From Balanoglossus misakiensis (taxonomy: Eukaryota; Animalia; Hemichordata): a stretch of 64,000 nucleotides of DNA. Each line of letters begins with the position of its first letter. The first letter of the stretch is position 1. The position numbers were made by a program, and so were the translations under genes. The stretch covers positions 8,122,001 to 8,186,000 of the forward strand of contig CM082590.2 in the NCBI GenBank assembly GCA_040954595.2. Reading direction: 5' to 3'. The notes beneath the pieces were generated by a model. It did no database searches. It saw only the letters and a list, made by a program, of their open reading frames with translations, and was not told the DNA's origin. Positions 47,637 to 61,600 of the stretch are shown here, one piece after another.

Positions 47637-50326
47637 CTACACCACTTATGTCGGATTTCTGATATGGGAAGTACTTTACCTCGGGGTCAAATTACAGATA
47701 TTTGGAGGCAAAAATATCACATGACGCCAAGTACACTAAATCTTATGCAATGTCAGATTAAATTAAAATACACAAAACGCGTTAAAAATATTGAATATGA
47801 CAACTGTGCTTGTTTTGTGTTTAAAATATGCGATTGAAAAGAGGGTACCGAAGGAATATTGGGTGACAGGGCCAGTGGTATGATCAAACGATCATAGCAA
47901 GTTACTAAGCTTATTAAACCTAAAGTATAACACGAAAGTGATATATAAAAGACACCGTGCCTACCTTTTTAAGGTCTGTGTTAGGTAAGACAGTTGTCAT
48001 GGCTGCGGATCGTCTGTACCAGCAAATAGAACGTGTCGATTATCGTGAAGTTTTACCGAATAGTGTTCCTATCCTAGTCCGTTTCTGGGGTACGTACGTG
48101 TGTCCCCGATCAGGGGTTGACAGTCAAAAATCGACGCCCTTGTGGCCCTAAATCGAAGTACCTGGTAGGTGAAAACCCAGTAGTAACTGGTGTGATGTCT
48201 GTCCACCGAAGATCAGCTTCAAATCCCTTCTAAAATTCGATCTTTCCACCGTAGGTGGCTTGTGTAGAGAACGGCCTGGCCTTCTTTGCGAGGAGTGAAC
48301 TCGTAGGATTGTTTTCTTATCTGGGACAAGCATTGGCCAATCACAGTACAGTAATCTTCTGTGCTGGTGTCACGTGACCCCATGCCCAATCAAATGAAGG
48401 ATAGTGATCCTGGATGCTTTACTACTGATGATCCTGACAAATTTTGGGAACGCATCTTTTGAGGAAATTCCGGGAAAAATATGACAGTGCTAAAAATTAT
48501 TCGTTTCATAAATATCACGCGAGCTGTACAATAAAGTTTCAGGAACGTGAGGCCCGCATTTATGTGGAATGTTCTATATATATAAGTTCATAAACTTTCT
48601 GCTGTGTTGTGTTGTGTTCTGTATAATTTGTAGTGTAGTTTGGCACCATTATTGTATTTACAGTAGAGTGACGTGATTTATATTACTTCCCAAATATACA
48701 TTAAACCAAAAACGCAAACAAATGTTGTTTCAAAGACGTTATATCTTGCATTTTCTGTTGTAAAATAAAAAAGATTAGTTCAGCGAGTCCTCCAACGCCT
48801 TTTCATATACATGTCATTAGGACATCTTACTTTAATTGGGTCTCAGAGAAATACTAAGTTATTTAGGGTTCAGAATGTTTCTCAAAATCCCAAGTGGGTG
48901 ATCGATGAAGACATATTGTGAATCGGTTAAATCTAGAGATTATCCGGTCGACATATGCAATTTTTGTTTAGTATGATGACTTCGGGTTTAGGGGTCATTA
49001 CAAAATATCATGTTGTTTCTATAATTTCAAGGTAATACAGCCTAACATTAGTAGACGCACACAATTACATAGTTTCTTTCAGGTATATGTTACATGTTTG
49101 CAATATATGCCTACGAAATTACCTAAGAGATCTCACAACCTTGGCTGCGTATTTTTCATCGGGCCTAGCCAACTACTGCCCTCTACGGCTGAACAGAAAA
49201 GTGTTTCCAGCTCGAGCTGGCGAAATGCTTGGATGGCTGTCGAGGGCGCACATGTGTCTCATTCCATGTATATGTTCGGTTGCTATGACGATATAGGGCT
49301 TGGAATCTATGGTTTCAAATTAAAGGTCATAATCACACAAATACATAATTTTAAATTTTATCAGGCCATCTGAACAGAATCATGCTTAATACTTGATTTG
49401 GAAGCATGATTCTGGGATTGATAATTTCATTTTCATGTCCCAAAGCATTTTATCATGGGTGACTTGGCAAAGGTTGAATGAGAAAAAACCCACATAAATA
49501 TAACATGAGCAGGCAGGTATCCCTGGCAACAGTGAAGATGAGAATTAAACGTTCTCTCTGGTTCGACAAACCACCTCTCCAATATGCTCACCAACCACTA
49601 AAAAGAACCCTTCTTAATCATAAAATACGTCCATTGGTACAAAACCTCCCAGGCGAACACACAGATAAACACAAACAAGCAGATATTGGCTGAAACGAAA
49701 ACAAACAACCGTTTTCTATCATATTCTGAGAAAGTCTACACTCTAGGTCTTCACAAACTTTGTTGTCAGTACTACTCAGAGGTGATTTATAATTCAAAAT
49801 ATACTTTTAAAAATGTTCGCCAAACTATTATTGGTCTTCTGTCGCCTGGTTCAGATGTGAGCAACTTTATAGGCAATTCGTATTCCTTGTGGTAACAAAC
49901 TGTGACTTCTGTAACCATGCACGTTTCCGGCTAACCACATGTACTGTGAGCAGGTGTCCTTCGAACTCACTGTAAAAAATAATGTATCCCTCCGCTTCTG
50001 AGTAATACGGCCAATTCTTAGGAACAGTCCTGTCCACACAAGCTGGGCTGCAGATACGGTTATCTTTCATGTTGCCTGAAAGTGACAATATCTATCTGGC
50101 TATCTACCGTCTAATCATTTGGCATGATAACATAGAAATCAATAGAAACAAACACAGATGTTGTACCACATAGTCACCTGATATTAAATTTGACACACTG
50201 ACCACATTTATGTGACTGTCCACATTTGCCTATCATTCTAGCATTTATGTACAGTTGACGGCGAACTTATCAAAACGTTGGTGATTTTCCTTCATTTGAA
50301 ATTTGTCCTCTCCGTAGTTCGGTAAA

Positions 50327-51607
50327 ATGTTTCGCCTGATCGCACTTGTGTTGGTAGTGTCGGTGATGTGGATGAGACAGACAGGTAAATATGATTGAGT
50401 TGAGCTGCTACATAGAGAGGGGGAGAGGGAGAGAGAGAGAGGCGGGGGAGGGAAGACAGACAGAGACAGCCTGACAAAGAAGAGAGACGGAACCGAAATA
50501 CGGTCTTATTAATTTCTTCTCAGTTTTTGTCTTCCCCTGCTGTATCAATATTTTTTCAATCATGACCAGTTGTGTTCCTCAAACTTTACATATTCCCTCT
50601 ATAGTTTGCTCTTTTGTTGCTTTATTACAGCATGGTGTGAGAGTTCGGGAGTTTTGTTCACCAGATGGGGACACGAGGGTTGCCCAACATGGACAAGCTT
50701 GGTTTATAAAGGTAAATCATTATTTGAATGTTACAATTGGGTTTGATGATTTCTTTTTAGTATTAAAGGGACAAAGTCTCACTAGCTGCCCTCTTTCCAT
50801 TAATTATGTCTGATACAAGACACTGTTTATGTTATACTATATGTGGACATATAGTGAATCAATGTTCGACCATACACAACTTTAATCCCACTTGTAGACA
50901 CGATAGTGAAAAATTCACCAAAATGAATAATTGGTCTCTACCATTTATTCATTTTGGCGAGTCTTTTACTTTCATATTCTACAAACGGGTGGAAGTTGTG
51001 TGTGGTCGAACGTTGATTCACAAACATACTGAAAACATAGCGAAGAGTTAAAGCTTATAAATGTTTTTTGCAAGCGTCCAAAAATCAAACAGTGATTAAT
51101 GTCATGTTTTCGCTTTGGTCACCAGGTGTTATGGGAGGGAAGTATTACAACACACCAGGAAGCTTCGTCAACTATCTGTGCCTACCCGATCAGCCGATAT
51201 ATGACGGGACGGTCACCAGTGGTACGGAGAGTGATAGAGCGCTGGCTTATTCCGTGGAATACAGTGCCACGACGGGTCCATACAGCGCCAACTTGAACCA
51301 CGACGTTCCTTGTGCTGTTTGCCACGACCCGTCTCGCAACAACACCATACACTACCCAGCACGCAGCGACTGTCCGACGGGATGGGGCCTTGAGTACAAT
51401 GGTTTCCTGATGTCAGCCTCGTATGGTAACTACGCCACCGAGTTTGTCTGCTTCGATGTCGAGGGGAGAACCGTTGGCTCTACACAAGACGCTACAACCC
51501 AGGGCAAAATTTATCCTGTGGAAGCTAGGTGTTACACAGGCGCCGGTCTAGTATGTCCACCATACGTCGACGGCAGTGAGCTCTCCTGCGCAGTGTGTGC
51601 ACGTTAG
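50327..51607 (+). CDS. Secreted short-chain collagen C4-like domain protein, paralogue 1 (no triple helix)
   Basis: Exons 50327-50384 (signal MFRLIALVLVVSVMW), 50631-50711 (LFTRWGHEGCP..LVYKG) and 51126-51607 (MGG.YY..NYLCLP..DVPCAVC..YPARSDCP.GW.LEY.GFLMS..FVC.D..YPVEARC..ELSCAVCAR*). Confidence 0.88.
50767..51020. mobile_element. Kolobok-like palindromic MITE, truncated copy 4
   Basis: TTAA|AGGGACAAAGTCTC..GCTGCCCTCTTTCCATTAATTATG; homologous to 15994-16331; right end missing. Confidence 0.75.
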
Positions 51608-52884
51608 CGATGTAAAACCGAAACGAAGCAACCCATATGCATGCATGCATTATTAATTCACACCAAATAAGTGACTTCAATCCATTAATGTGTATAATTT
51701 TATTCATCTGATATTTTTTTAGATGTGTGAAGATATAAATGAATATGGTAGAAAAATAAACATGAGTTTTCTGACGATACTAATTATTAAAATTATAATA
51801 ATTATGTTACATTGATAATTGACAGCAAGCGAGTTAACACATACAGTATTTGATGAAGCCACAATTAAAAAACAAGACCTTGTAATTATATATTGCACTA
51901 ATTAATAAATGTTGAATACAGTATACCTATAGATGTCAGAGTGATATAATTCCCATACACAAACTACATAAGTACAGATGAATATCCCAACATACCACAG
52001 ACAACCTCCCACACATCTATCTATCTGTCTGTCTGTCTGTTTGTCTATCTGTCTGTCTGTCTGTCTATCGATCTCCCCTCTCCATTTCTCTATAGGTCAG
52101 TATTAAAGGGCATCAGTCACCTCTAATTAAAATATACCCATATATAATTAATAGTGGCCATCAACAGGAAAGATGTAGTTGGCTAGATTACCGAAAATAT
52201 GTCTGCAAACGCAACTGTTTTATAGGAAACAAAAAGGAATTGCTTTTAAATCAATTTACATATGTATCTCGACGTCTAATGTTTGCCTCAAATAGTGTCA
52301 ATGGGGCTGATATTATGGAACTTCTCTCATAAAATGATGCTGATTTTTACGCTATGTTTGAAGGTTGAAACCACATCGTGACATCATGAAACGGGAATAT
52401 GTTTTAGGGTGGTGGTACATGTACTCAAATCTAAAATGGTTAATAAAACAGCCAACAGAAGGTTTTCCATCGCTTGTTCCATCACCCACGATGTTATCAC
52501 GTTTTCACAACTCGCCTGGTGTTCCATCAAGGATAGCATTAACCGGGAGGTTAAAAGTTGAAAACTTTAGTTAAAACTCCTGTTCGATCACAGTTTACTC
52601 CAGACGATGTGGAAATCCAACACTGTAAAATGTCAATATGTCAAAAGAAATGGGTTATCGTTAGAATCAACAAAAAGACAGCATCAAAATAATCGAATTG
52701 ATAATGAATATCAAAAATGTCCAGCAAATAGATTGATCTGATGACACAAGCTGCTGGATTTTCAAGAGAGTCACGTGATATTGCACTGTTAGTTTAAAAT
52801 TAAAGTCCTTATGTTCGAAGCGAGTCCTGGGCGTTTGTGAGTCAAAGACTGGTGACTGTGTTCCTGCTCTCAGACTGTTTCATT

Positions 52885-54022
52885 ATGGCTAACGTTGCCC
52901 TTTTTGCTGTCGTCTGCATCTCGCTTTTCTATTGTCTCAGTGGACAAGGTAGGGTACATTGAAGGGTGGGTGTATAGGTATACAACGCAGTTGCCAGCAA
53001 GTCAAAGTAGGCGCACAGTGTAACATTTCCACTCATTTTTATGTTTATACCTAGAAGTTGCAACGAAATACGGCGTCGTATACACAAGATGGGGCCACAA
53101 TGAATGTCCTACCACTCATACTGAGGTTTACAATGGTAATGTATTCAATACATATCCTGTTATACTCAATACAATCACACAATACTCAATCATCACAATC
53201 TTGCAAGAAAAGCACACAACCAGCAAGCCAAAGTAACACTTACTAACATTTACTTCATAGTTTCTATTTATGTAACATCTTCATATAAGCTTACAATTGA
53301 ACCTGTCTATAGCGGCCAGTCACTAGACTTTCCTAAACTGTCCTTTATAGACAGGAGGCCTTTCACTGCACATGTATGGTATATTGCACAGGGAAGTGGG
53401 CACTATATATATAGACAAGTTTACACTATATAGAGGTGGCCAGGAGACTGTATGTAGTGTGCCACCATACCTTAATAAGTTTTCTGTTTGTCAAGATATC
53501 TACTAAAATTACTATAATTGTTAAATTTATGGTTCAGGTGTAATGGGCGGAAGTTACGCCTCTTATACAGGCGATGGCTACAACTATCTGTGTCTACCAG
53601 AAGTTCCGGCCTACGACAACAGTGTTGTGGAACCGGGCCGACAAACCGACCGGGGGCTCATCCTCCACACGCAGTACGCCGGCTCGAGTGGTCCGTTCGC
53701 CTCCAAGCACGACTACGACGTGCCCTGCGCCGTGTGCCTGGACGAGTTCCACAACAACGCGCTGATGTACCCGGCCAGGAACGACTGCCCCGAGGGATGG
53801 GACGTGGAGTACCACGGCTACCTCATGTCGGCCAGGTACACGGAACGCGTCCAGCAGTACGTGTGCGTCGATTATGAGGGCCGGGTTTTACCAAACACCT
53901 TTGATGATGTCAACGGAGCAGACGTGTACCCTGTTGAAGCCCGATGTGTCAATGGGGCCGCAATTCCCTGTCTCCCTTATATAGACGGCAACGAATTAAC
54001 TTGTGCTATGTGCGCAATGTAG
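52885..54022 (+). CDS. Secreted short-chain collagen C4-like domain protein, paralogue 2
   Basis: Exons 52885-52948 (signal MANVALFAVVCISLFYCLSG), 53055-53135 (VYTRWGHNECP..EVYNG) and 53538-54022; same cysteine pattern and intron phases as paralogue 1. Confidence 0.88.
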
Positions 54023-54285
54023 ACATTAATACTTACAAATTCATTTATATTATGATTCCACATATTTTAAATGTTTACAAGTGGTATTGCTTAATGTACT
54101 TAAATTAAAATCATGGAAATAAAATGTTATGAAACGAATTAACTTGTGCCATGTGCGCAATATAGACATTCATGCATCAATACTAACAAATTCATGGTTT
54201 ATATTATGATTTCACATATTTTTAATGTTTACAAGTGGTACTACTTATTGTATTTAAATCAAAATAGTAATAAACATATTATGAA
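53990..54285 (+). repeat. Tandem duplication of about 143 bp covering the last codons and 3' UTR of paralogue 2
   Basis: AACGAATTAACTTGTGC.ATGTGCGCAAT.TAGACATT...AATAAA occurs at about 53990 and 54133. Confidence 0.85.
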
Positions 54286-55735
54286 CTTAACTATATCTCA
54301 CGTACATTGTATTTCTTAAGCAAAATCTATAGAAAGGTATTTTTCACCATCAGGTTTTTTAATTTTGTTTTATCAGTTCAGCAAGTCCAGTAAATTTTAT
54401 TTATTTCAAAAAGCAAATTTCAGAAATATAATACTGAATACTTTCTACATATATTTGTGCGAAAATCGCAGGTTAGTTTAGCAACCATGTATTACCTTGG
54501 TTACTTTAGACCCGGTTATACGAGGCCAGTGACTTCATCATCACATCTACTATTTCCCTAGATTGAAATTGCTGAATTCAAAAATCGCTGACAAAACACT
54601 GCAGCATTAATTTCCTCCACAACCCAATACCACACAAAACAGAGAATAGTTTAGTAACACATAGAATGGACATATTTCCAACGCACAAAATTTGATCGAA
54701 ATAACATGGGTTTTTTGGAACACACTGTGAGTTTCCAGTAAACGTTTTTGGTCTGTAAGTCAGTATACCCTCCCTCCCCCATATGAAAAGAGTGAGTATC
54801 CCTTGGTGCAGCCTCAGAAACATGTCTTGGGTTTTGGGCTCACTTAAAATCCCATCAGCTGTACCTTTTCGCTGTGTTTTCAGTAATTTTTCATTTTGAC
54901 TATCTACCACAGTTTCTTGTAGAAATTCCTGAATCCTGATGAAATGCCCAGCATTTAGCTTATCAAAACAACCAGCCCTATGTACATAATCAGCACTGTT
55001 TTTGCACAAAATTTGAGTCTGGACTTTGTCAACAATAACAATGACGTTACACACCTACAGGCTAATTAAGTTGACAAGCGGAGTGTAAATTAGAATGTTG
55101 TTTGGAGTAAAACTAGAAATCACATTTGGTACAGAACAAAAATACTGAAAATGAAGCCAAAAGTTACAGGTAATGTCCCTCTACTGTCAGTTTCCCTTAA
55201 ACGCAAGGTAGAGTCCTTATTGTCTGCCGTTTTTTTTATAATTATCGAATGACCAGGTCAAAGACACAAATAAAAATAGATGACAATTACAATCTGGTGT
55301 GCGGAATGGTTAAGAGTACCCTGCTAGAGACAAATTCAAGTGCAATTTGGCTAAAATGCACAATCCTTGTTTTAAGCCAAAGCCAGGAATACTACAATTC
55401 ATCAGTTAAATAACAGATGATATATTTGAATATATCTGAAATAGGTCAAAAAAGAAGTCTGTGACAACATCTTTGAAAACATTATGAAATAGAATGACTT
55501 ATTACCACCTCGCGTGTCGTGTGCCCCTGTTGTAACAGATAAAATAATTTAAATCACTTATGAATTATGAATCTACCGGTAGTATGTACACACTGTGCAA
55601 ATAAACAGGTGGCTGACAATTGCAGTTGCCACATTCACACTGACTGGATAAGATAACAAAACTGAAAGAAAATATCTCACAACTTTTGAATTCAACTAAA
55701 GGCGATTCTTGTTAGTCGAAGTCATCAGTTGCGCT

Positions 55736-57333
55736 ATGATTTTGAAAAGGTTACTTTTGTCGCTGATTTTGCTGTTGCTGTATGCAGCAACAGGTAAGTT
55801 GATTTTGTTCTTTTTTCAATGGTGATTATTGCATCCACTGTTTTCCTCTTAAAGTCCCAGTGTCTCAAACTTTGGTCTATTTTCTGATCGTTTCTTGTTA
55901 TTATAAAACGTACGAGAATTGCTCAGTATTATATATGGGTTGTGAAATGCGTTCATGGACAGTGTGCTACATAATGCACAAGTACGGACTTCATTCTACT
56001 GGATGGTGTGCTATCATGAATACAGAATGATACTTTACATGTGACAAGTCCTCCACAGGATCCTATACACTGCCTTCTGTTGGGAATATCACAACTTGAA
56101 AAGTCAACTGGATGCACTTTTCTGAAAAATAAGAGCCATGATTTACAATACAATTCATTGGGAATAATTCAGGTCCTAGGTTTCCTTCTAAGTTATTTGC
56201 ATTTTGAAACATATGTGTACATAACTCCCCCCCCCCCTCTCTCTCTCTCTCTCTTCACCCCTCTCTCTCTCCAGAGATTCATGGAGCCAAGGGCACCTTG
56301 TTCACAAGATGGGGTCACAACGAGTGTCCATTAACAGCAAAGCTTGTTTACAAAGGTAACTGTTTATCGCACTTGTAATTATGGTGACACAGTTAAACGC
56401 TGCCCACACAATATGAATTTCCCAATCTCTGTGAAAGCTCTACAGGGAAAATTGACATCTTTAGGAAACTAGAGAGTGAACACACACTTTTCCCTCTGAT
56501 TTCAAAAAGGCTAACCTCACACTTTATTATTCGACACAGCAATGAATTGGAAGTTTTAGGGAATTATATCTTTTTTCTCTGAAAATCCACCCCATACTAA
56601 CATTTACAGAGTCATTAGATTCCATGATTAGTAGGCTTAACGGCTTCTTTAGAACAAAAAATTTCCGGTCACAAAAATGTACAGAGAAAATGTACAATAA
56701 ATTAATTTATTGTTGGGAATCTTGAATATAGGAACTCAGACGTGAAAACTGCGTCGTCGATGGAAGTCGAGAAATCCTTGCAAATGTTGTTTACTCGCAC
56801 GCGCGTTTTGCAATAAAATTTGGATTTATTGTCTTACAGGTGTGATGGCAGGAAAGTATTACACTTATTACGGTGACGGCGCTAATTTCCTGTGTCTGCC
56901 GTTCACCCCGATCTACGACGACAATGTGATTGTTGGAGGGTCGCAGAGCGATCGGGGGTACCTGTTTCACCAGGAGTACCGCGCTTCCACCGGCCCGTTC
57001 GAGACACAACGGTACAACGACCTGCCCTGCAATGTATGCATCGACGAACTGCACAGTAACACCATGTTGTACCCGGCGCGCAACGACTGCCCCCTGGGCT
57101 GGCAGCTGCAGTACCAGGGTTACCTGGTCGGGGCGCAGTACACGTCAACCACATACGACAGCGTTGAAACTGTGTGTGTTGATAAAGAGGGCAGAATGAT
57201 CCCAAATACCGCCGAGGCTGCGAGTGGAGGGTATCTAATGCCCGTCGAGGGAAAGTGCCTGCAAAATGCAGGGATACCATGCATCAATTACGTCGACGGA
57301 TGGGAGCTGACATGCGCTATATGCTCAATTTAA
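55736..57333 (+). CDS. Secreted short-chain collagen C4-like domain protein, paralogue 3
   Basis: Exons 55736-55793 (signal MILKRLLLSLILLLLYAAT), 56275-56355 (LFTRWGHNECP..LVYKG) and 56840-57333. Confidence 0.88.
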
Positions 57334-58620
57334 TCCAAATGCATTAAAAAATCACATATTGTAATGATGTATGCTAGAAGTGTGAGGCATGTTTTTGAAT
57401 AAATACACCATAATGTACTAAACTATAATCCCGTCATTCCATAAAATGTTTTTATTATAATTTGATGGACGACATTTTCCTTGAATAAGTGTTGTGAATA
57501 CGTGTGAATATTACTCTCCCTCCCCCAGAAAATGACAACATTTTAAATTTAGGGTAATCTACTTCGCACCCTGGGCATATGTAAATTAGAGGTGATGGTA
57601 TTCAATTTAATTAATAGTGTGATTATTTCTTTCATTTTGCTTGGTCGAATAGGGTCAACACTGGGTTAATGTAATTTGCCTGGTGCATCGACGTTGCACA
57701 CATGTTCCAAGAGTGCAGAGCATAATTGACCAATCACAAGTACTGTGGTCTGCCCGTTTCAGGCGTGCAGATAGTAATTGACCATAAAATGGTGCACTTT
57801 TCGCATGTGCCTCCCACTAAAAGTCTGTGATTGGCTATTTGTTTTAATTTTCCATGGCAACAGCGGTTAAATTTGCATAACCCCATCAAACATATGAAAC
57901 ATACAATACAGCCGCTTAGACGTACCCCTACTGTATCCGGTTAGACAATCCTTCAGGCCAAACGATGTCAGTCAAACAGCAGCAAGCAGCATCAAAATTC
58001 TTAGGATCACACACCTCATCCTTGCAGACACCTATCACCTGGTCGTGGGGCGTAGCAACAGTAAGCAAGGGGGCGTGGCTTATGCCCGTAGGATCGACTA
58101 GGCTTATTATCCAGCTTCATTCTGTCTCACTGTCCAAAAAAAATAATAATATAAAAATTATAGTCCATCACACTTCCGTTTTACATACGCATAACTTGCT
58201 GACACCAGTGGCTGTGTTAGGACTACCGTGCATTTGTATAACGCAGCAGACGACGCCCGACCTACCCCTGTACATGTACCAGTACGCCTTTCGTATTTTT
58301 CTCCATTTGAGAAAGCATCCCACAAAATTTGGCGAAACGTTGAAATGCATTGCGACATAATATGATACTCTGTCAACAAAATAAACAATAGAATACTTCC
58401 TACCTTATTTCTGACGGGCATTTTTACAGGAAACACGTTGTTCTAGCTACGACAACCAGCCATTTCCCGCTATTTGCTTTCGTTTGTTGATCCCAACGGT
58501 GGTGGCGCTGCTCCGGCGAGACGATTGAGGTTAAAGGTCATACATAGACTGAATGGATGGCAGGGAGGTCAGATCCACGTTGTAAACAGCTGTTCAGGAA
58601 AAGATCATACATTGAACAAA

Positions 58621-61600
58621 ATGCAGGTTTGTAGCGTTATAGCTTGTTCATGAAATATTCAACAATATGATCGGTCATATATGCGTTGCCAAACAGAATG
58701 ACACCATCAACTTACAGGCCATATGTTTGATTGAACTTTCAGAAAGGCGATTTCACTAAGGAAGAAATCGACAACTTGCCGATAGACATTACTTCAAATA
58801 AACTGCTTGGTAAGTACTAGTATATTACAGATCTTTTGAAGACAGCACCCCCTTCGAATCTTCCCTGATTATACAGATTTATAGCCAAGGTAGTTGGTGA
58901 TGCCTTGTCCCTGGACACATTGATACACACACACAATCGAATCATACCAGTGTACCATTACTTTACTTGGTTATGTACACATTACATGTAATATGTACAT
59001 GTATATTTGTGTACTGTACATGATTTTTTTTGTCAGAATGGCTGATCGACAGACGACATGTTGATTTGAAGTGGCAGACTGCAGCGTTGGTTGTCAGGGA
59101 AAAGATCAACAACGCCATACAAGACATGCCAGCTGTGGATGAAATCACACAGTTACTGTCTGGAACTTGTAAGTGGGTGTATTCTATGATGTACAATGTA
59201 ATATACTAGTATATGTATACTGCTGTATCAATCAATAGCTACCATATATCTTCCAGTATCAAGCACACAATTTCTATAATATGGCCAAAGTTAGTTCTGT
59301 CAGAATTTGATGACGACCATGATGTATTTCTTTCACTGTCTACAGACATCAACTACTTTCACTGCCAGAGAATTTTGGAGCTTCTCAAAGAGACCGAAGC
59401 TGGCAGTAAAAATATCTTTGGTTATTACTCCTCCACACGAATGAAGGTAAGTTGAAGGTCAAAGGTGACGATACGTATCCCTGGAGAGTTTTATATGATT
59501 CGCGAACTACACGTTCACTTTATATGCGCTAGTATAAATTTGGACACATTTTACTTGAATGTAGTTTATTATGATTTCATTAAGCCAATGTATTTGAGGC
59601 AAGTCTACAGTTATCTGTGTGTATGCTAGAGTAAGCCTATTCACTTTGCTCTGGGATGTTATTTTTTCGCAGGATTGGCAAGAAATCGTTCGTCTGTACG
59701 AGAAAGACAACCTCTATCTGGCTGAGGCGGCTGATATGCTAATTAGGAATGTCAGTTATGAGATTCCGGCACTGAAGAAACAAGTCAGCAAGTGTAAACA
59801 AACACAAACAGTGAGTGGAGATATTCATTGTTTTAAAGAGTGACTCATTTGCATAACACTGTAAATCATTGTTATGATAATGAGTTTCTATTGTTTTCCC
59901 CAATAGTAATTGGATTGACCAAAATAATCCAGTTTGAAATGCAGTTCTGGTTTGTATTGTTGAGTTTTGTGGTATAATGGTGGAGTTTTGACAGAAATCA
60001 ATTCAGTTTCCCCAATCTTGTTTGTCAGAAGATATACCACTGATTTCTGCTGTCAACATATTTACATCTTTTGACAGGAATGCGAGAGAAAAGAAAGGGA
60101 TTATGTAGTGAATGCAGCCGAGATGAAAGAACAGTTCAACACATCGTGTAAAAAGTTTGGCATCAAGGTGAGATTTTTGAAGTGATATACTTCAGTGCAA
60201 AGACTACAGAAAATATGTGGTGTTTTTGTAATTTCTAATTAGGCTCCACTTTCCAATATTTTCATATTTTGGCAGTGCTTTAACCCCTTTCACCACCATG
60301 GTTAGGTCCAAATCCATTGTTTTCTATGGCAAAGTTGGACCTCTGTGGATGGGACTAGGGGTGAAAGGGTTAAATTGGACCAGTAGGTTGAATAATCACT
60401 CTTGGGTAGTGCTTGACTCTTTCACCCCTAGTTGCCTCTATAGAGGTCCAACATAACCATAGAAAACAATAGATTTGGACCAAACCATTGTGGTGAAAGG
60501 GTTAAGAAAGCAACACGCGAAACAGAGCTTTGAATCACCATATAATTAATGTATATTTTGATCGGGCAGTTGTCAGTGTAAAGTTTTATATCTTGTGCCA
60601 ATGAAAATGTGCTTTCTTCTTTACCTAGGGACAAAAAGTAAAATCTGAGTTATTAGGACTTATCAAAGATCTGTCGTCCGTTTACGACGATGTGATGCAG
60701 AAAACACAAAATTTACAGCAAACCTGTGATTTCTATGAAGCATTTGTCGAATTTTCAAGTGGAGGGTAAGTACATGTAGATGCATATTTTTTGTAAAATT
60801 TAAAACCTCTATAGATTGAAATAAAATCAATGATACTCAAAATGTTCAATGAAAATAAAGTATACCGCAGTAACAAACTGTAACTATCTCTCTGTCAAGT
60901 GACTAAAATCAAAGACTCAATTTGACCATGAAATCTCTTTTTATGTTTTGATAGAGATACTGTGGTCCCAATGGTGCGGTACATTCAAGCCAACGGTAAT
61001 ACTACAGTTTATCAATGGAAAACTGGAAAAGTACCAACAGCTGTGGAAGAACCCAAATTAGAGATGGGAGATGATGATGATGAAGTTCAAGAAGACCAGG
61101 TACAGTCAAACCTGTGTTAGTGGCCACCTCTATATAGTGGCCATAGTGGTATAGTCTCTTTGCAATTTTTAATTGACCTGCCTACAAAGGCAAGTTAAGG
61201 ATAGTCTCTTGACTGGCCACTATAGACTGGTTCGACTATACAGAATCAACTTTCAGCTATAGTTTAGTGTGTTGACGGCACTTTGTAAATAAAGAAAGCA
61301 TGGTGTTATAACTGAGATAATACAAGCTTTGTTTCTCTTGTCAGATTGACTTAGGGGGCTTCACAGAGGAAGTGGACTATGGCATTGTACTGGAGGATAG
61401 CGGTACCAACCCAACAGATGTGAGTAATGATTTACCAAACATACTAACCTGAACCCATGCTGTACATCTTTACATATGATCAATTGGGAAGAAAACGGAA
61501 CTGAAATGAAGAAAAAAAATGTATTTTTTTTTCTCATACATAGGGTGAAAATATAGACTGGGGAGGTACTGACGATATCAGCTTTGATATCGATGTGGTC

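Noticed and set aside
54578-55054. 158-aa minus-strand ORF between C4-like paralogues
   Set aside because: Non-ATG start, no recognisable domain or splice structure; probably chance or a decayed repeat.
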